Source: the human T2T-CHM13v2.0 reference genome, Homo sapiens
DNA length: 64,000 bases
Direction: 5' to 3' (one strand)
NCBI RefSeq assembly: GCF_009914755.1
Contig: NC_060936.1
The notes under the pieces were generated by a model. It ran no database searches, was not told the DNA's origin, and worked only from the letters and a program-made list of their open reading frames with translations. Position numbers and translations under genes: made by a program. This document shows, one piece after another, positions 58,383 through 64,000 of the stretch; the stretch's first letter is position 1; each line of letters begins with the position of its first letter.

Positions 58383-58500
58383 GTGTCTGCAGCTATTTTG
58401 TGACTTTGTTTCATTCTTGGAGATTTAAAAGTGTATATAGTTTTGAGTGTGCTATGATACCAAATTTAATTTCTGGCCTTTCTTGTCCTTTTGTCTTCAG

Positions 58501-58569
58501 TTTATTCCAATGCCAGTACTCTACGGAGTTTTCCTTTACATGGGAGTTTCTTCACTACAGGGAATTCAG
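58501..58569 (+). CDS. SLC4A8: SLC4A8 exon 20 ([23 protein letters not shown])
   Basis: cttcag|TTTATT ... TCAG|gtattg; 69 nt; phase 0-0. Confidence 0.96.
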
Positions 58570-59740
58570 GTATTGTATGGTTCAGCCAGGGCAGTTTCTT
58601 CTCACTGCAAGTTTGCATGTCCTGTCCAGGGAGGGACAGCTCCCCAAGAGAAGCACAACCAGTTCTTGAGAAAATTGTTTCCTAGTCTTGCCACTTAGGC
58701 TATTTTAGACATGTATTTGGATATAGGGAGAAAAACAGCCATGTTGGCAGGAGAGTACAGAGACTTCCAGGGTGGTCTGGCTTGATGTCATGGCTCCAGT
58801 TATTCATTAATTATTCAACAGACAATTTTTTTTTGGCATGTATTAAACATTAGTTGCTTTGCCAGGTGCTAGTAAACTTGGATCTGAAAGGTTGATCAAG
58901 AACCAAACTGGCTTTCACTCATGGACAGATCTAGGTTAGTGCCAGGCTAAAGTATAAAAATGGGGTGTTTAACTTTGGGAGAGGGTTCATTGGCAGAAGA
59001 GATAGGGGAATAGTGGGAGTTGCTCCTGGTAAGGAGATGTCACTTCTTGTTATACTCTGCATTTTTCCATCCATCAACTATTGCTCTAAGTCTTTCAAAA
59101 AGAAAAATCAGGAGCTTGTCATTGATAACTTGGGTATTCCAGATAATATAATAACTTAGGCTGATTATTCTTTGTTTGAATGGAATGTCCTATGGCCATT
59201 CTTTTTTTTCTTTTTTTTTTTTTTCCTATGGCCATTCTTACATACTGAGTTCTACTATGAACTTGGGCAGGTTATTTAATCTCTGGTTCTCTTTTTTCCT
59301 TATTGTAAGGATGATCATTTTTTATATATCTAGGATGTTATGAGGTTTTATTTTATCTTTTCACTATAAATAATCAATGAATGGCTCCAAACTCCTAAAA
59401 CAAGTAAGAAATTTGGTTTTGATAATAAGCAAAAAGATGTAATTGGTTTATTTTGTTTTCAACACCCCCTGAGAAAGAGCTCTCTTAGGAGACACAGCGT
59501 GGGATAAGAGAAAGAAGTTTGAACCTAGAATTAGAAAAGATGGATTCAAATTTTGACTTTGCCACTTAATAACCTTGGCCAAATTGCCTGGTCTTTTAAA
59601 GTCTCAGTTTCCATTTCTGTCCAGAGGAAATGGTGTTACCTACCTTTCAGAGCAGGTAATGTAAGAGATATGAATTGGTCTAACAAAGCTTCTGACCCAG
59701 AATGCCCTCCTGAAAATAAATGCCAGTTCCTTCCTTTCAG

Positions 59741-59914
59741 TTCTTTGATCGTCTAAAGCTCTTTGGGATGCCCGCAAAGCACCAGCCAGATTTCATCTAC
59801 CTGCGGCATGTGCCGCTGCGCAAAGTGCACCTCTTCACCCTCATCCAGTTGACCTGTCTCGTCCTGCTCTGGGTCATCAAGGCATCTCCAGCTGCCATTG
59901 TTTTCCCAATGATG
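59741..59914 (+). CDS. SLC4A8: SLC4A8 exon 21 (FFDRLKLF...IVFPMM)
   Basis: tttcag|TTCTTT ... GATG|gtgagg; 174 nt. Confidence 0.96.
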
Positions 59915-59959
59915 GTGAGGTGGTTTTTAAAAAATAAATTCTTATTATCATTGTTATTT

Positions 59960-60840
<881 letters not shown>

Positions 60841-61784
60841 TTCTAATCCTCTAGATCCACACCCTCCTGGTGGGTTTCTCAATTTTGTCAGGCTACATAT
60901 AAGGGTTTGTATTCGTGTGTTACGTTCATGGGTTAAATAAATAGCAGATTACTGGGAACTCCTAGAAGGGATCCTATCAATTCCAGATGTATTAGGAAAG
61001 TAGTCACTAAATTAGAGAGAAATGTACTTGAATTTAATAAGCCTGATTTGCCTCATTCCTTGTCCAGTCACCAATTATAGCTGATGAACAGCAGTCCACC
61101 CAGGCAGGATTAATTCTTTGTTTTCCTTTGGCTAAAATGGCCCTCATGGAAAGAAAGTGGAGCAGCAGTTGAGATGCCCTGGACATACCTTTATCGGGGA
61201 AATCAGCTGTCAGATTTTAGACGAGTCACTTTCTCTCTCTGGGCCTCAGTTTCCTCATTTATAAAGCGAGTGTCAGGCCAGGCCAGAGGGCAAAGACAAA
61301 AACCACTAGAGACAAATGATGCAGGCCCAAAGCAAGGATTTGGGTAGGGGAATGTATAGGCAAAGGATCAGAGGGAATAAAGATGATCTTCTAAGAGAAC
61401 CCATCATCCCACTGTGAGGAATGCTTGGGTGGCTGTGGCTGGTCCCACCATGGCCCAGCTCCAGCAGAGGCTTTCTACCCACCTGCTGTCCTGTAGCCTT
61501 CCTGCTGACCCCTAGCCATCTGCAGATGATGTGCTCATCTTTTCAATGACAGAATCCAGTTAGCTGCTCTCTAAGTTGTAGAGCTGTTATGATAGTTAAA
61601 ATACTGTATGTAACACATGTTACCTGGCACAAAGAAAGCATTCAATAAATGGTGACTGTTAGGATTATTATGAGTTTGATTTTGCTTGAAATGTCCTAGT
61701 CTGCTGTGAAAATAAGGCTTTGCTTTTAAGTCCAAGAAGGAAATTAGTCCCTTTAATTCACTTTTTTTTTTAATTTTTCTTCAG

Positions 61785-61922
61785 GTTTTGGCCTTGGTCT
61801 TTGTCAGGAAAGTCATGGATCTCTGTTTCTCTAAGCGAGAGCTGAGCTGGCTAGATGATCTCATGCCTGAAAGCAAAAAGAAGAAGTTGGATGATGCCAA
61901 AAAGAAGGCCAAGGAGGAAGAG
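61785..61922 (+). CDS. SLC4A8: SLC4A8 exon 22, spliced form (VLALVFVRK...KAKEEE)
   Basis: cttcag|GTTTTG ... AGAG|gtcata (weak donor); 138 nt. Confidence 0.93.
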
Positions 61923-61976
61923 GTCATAGTCCTTGCACCAACTGTATACCTGGGGGCCTCAAATTACAGAACATAG
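61923..61976 (+). CDS. SLC4A8: Read-through extension of exon 22 encoding the short C-terminus [17 protein letters not shown] (NDCBE-B type)
   Basis: 17 in-frame codons then TAG. With a 16-codon exon 1 the total is 1044 aa, matching the short isoform as I recall it. Confidence 0.9.
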   Translation, partial: VIVLAPTVYLGASNYRT

Positions 61977-62398
61977 GAAGGGTCATGTGAAAAGTCAGCA
62001 TGTCTGGAATCCCGAGGGTTATATTTAGGAGCTGGGAAGATTACCCCCAAAGATGTTCTCAGCTAAGAATGGATTAGGGATTCTTGCTTCTGTCTGTTCT
62101 TAATTTTTGGGTTTGACAACCACTTATTTTTTCCTTTGTTTACAATCTACTCACCAGGCTCATACCTACAATGTGAACATACAGTATGCCCTTATTAGCA
62201 GATTCAATGGCTCACATTCTTTCAAAAGGTCTAATTTGACAAATACATAAGACCCATTATTTCCTAGAATGTTTGTAATATATCTAATTGCAAATGGTGC
62301 TGTGGTTGGCACCATGCAAAGATAACTTGCATAGGACTTTCTGTCTTTTTTCATTTCCCTCAGCACTTGGCATCTTGTCATCTACACAATGGACCCTC

Positions 62399-62404
62399 AA
62401 TAAA
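62399..62404 (+). terminator. Candidate poly(A) signal for the read-through isoform
   Basis: AATAAA about 420 nt after the TAG at 61976; usage not shown by sequence. Confidence 0.45.
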
Positions 62405-62543
62405 TGGCCTATATGTGCAAAGAAAGAATGTGTAGCAAATGAAAATACCAGACCAAGAAATGAGTGAGCTGGGAAGTGTTTCCAAATACAGTTAGTGCCT
62501 AAAATAGTGTCCTTTGAAAAAACTTTTAAAAGACTTTTTTTTA

Positions 62544-62663
62544 GGCCAGGCATAATGGGTTATCCCTGTAATTCCAGGGCTTTTGGGAGTTGAAGCTGGA
62601 GGATTACTTGAGGCCAGAAGTTTGAGACTAGCCTAGGCAATATAATGAGACCCTGTCTCTACA

Positions 62664-62695
<32 letters not shown>

Positions 62696-62868
62696 AAAAT
62701 CAAAATAATTAGCTGGATGTGGTGGCACATACCTGTAGTCAGCTACTTGGGAGGCTGAGGTGGGAGGATACCTTGAGCCCAGGAGGTTGAGGCTGCAGTG
62801 AGCTGTGATCATGCCACTGCACTCCAGCCTAGGCTGAGTGAGATCCTATCTCAAGAAAAAAAAAAAAG
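62544..62868 (+). mobile_element. Alu (J-type)
   Basis: Dimer with an expanded A-rich linker. Confidence 0.9.
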
Positions 62869-63403
62869 ATGACTTTTTTTTCCCCTAATATCTTGAACTT
62901 TAAAAATCTTGTATTTCTAAATAAGCTTCAACAATTATAAAATATAAAGTCAATGGAAGAAAACTTTAAAGAGAATATTGATAGAATTCACTACATAAAA
63001 TGTGATGCTTTCAGGCATCCAAAACTCTAATCAAAATTTTAAAATAACAGATAAGTTGAGACGTGTTAATATCCTTACTATTCAAATAATTCTTATAAAT
63101 TAATAAGAATAATATGAAATTGAAATGAGCAATGGACATATATAATTTACGAAAAAGAAGTACAAATGACCAGTTGCCTTATGACAAAAATTTCATTCTC
63201 ACTAATAATCAAAGAAATGATTGTGCAGCATCTGGATTTTATGAAATGAAAATAAATATTAAAAAATAAAAAAGAAATGAAAATTTAAGCAAGGAGAATA
63301 CTTTTTTACTTGTCGAATTGGCAAAGATTTTTAAAAGATAAAAACAAGTGTTGGCAAGACTGTAATTGAAATTGGCTTCTCATACACTAAAAATAGTAAT
63401 ATA

Positions 63404-63701
<298 letters not shown>

Positions 63702-63917
63702 GGTAATATAAGTTGCATAAATCTCTTTAGAGGGCAGTTTAACCTTAGAGTCTTAAAAACGTATATGCCCTTTGGCCCAGCAACTCTAATTTTTAAATTT
63801 ATCCTAAGGATATAATTAGCAATGTAGACAAAATATTTTAATTGTGGTGACATAAAGAAAAAAAGAAAATTAGAGTAAATGTATTACAATGGAATATTGT
63901 ACAACAGTTTAAAAAAA

Positions 63918-64000
63918 TTTTTTTTTGAGACAGAGTCTCGCTCTGTCTCCAGACTGGAGTGCAGTGGCGTGATCTCAGCTCACTGCAACCTCTGCCTCCC
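63918..64000 (-). mobile_element. Alu (cut by the window end)
   Basis: T-tail followed by gagacagagtctcgctctgtc. Confidence 0.9.

Overview
Human genomic DNA covering most of SLC4A8 (NDCBE, the Na+-driven Cl-/HCO3- exchanger) on the + strand. I traced 21 coding exons (numbered 2-22, with exon 1 upstream of the window). All have GT-AG boundaries and consistent phases, and they give residues 17-1027 plus the read-through tail [17 protein letters not shown] of the 1044-aa isoform. Introns are rich in Alu, L1, L2 and LTR repeats. The main non-obvious structures are: (1) a ~7.5 kb sense-oriented, 5'-truncated USP13 retrocopy in intron 16, with its poly(A) signal and A-tail; (2) an antisense Alu inside that retrocopy whose CAG acceptor opens an in-frame 76-codon alternative last exon followed by AATAAA; (3) a ~350 bp inverted duplication of apparently unique sequence in intron 19 that could fold into a long RNA duplex just upstream of exon 20; (4) an intact 968-bp antisense HERV-K(HML-2) LTR5_Hs solo LTR pointing at exon 5; (5) a TSD-flanked retroposed transcript end in intron 3; (6) a tail-only retro-insertion in intron 20. 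Gene and repeat-family identities come from my recall of sequences, not from database searches. Repeat boundaries are approximate.
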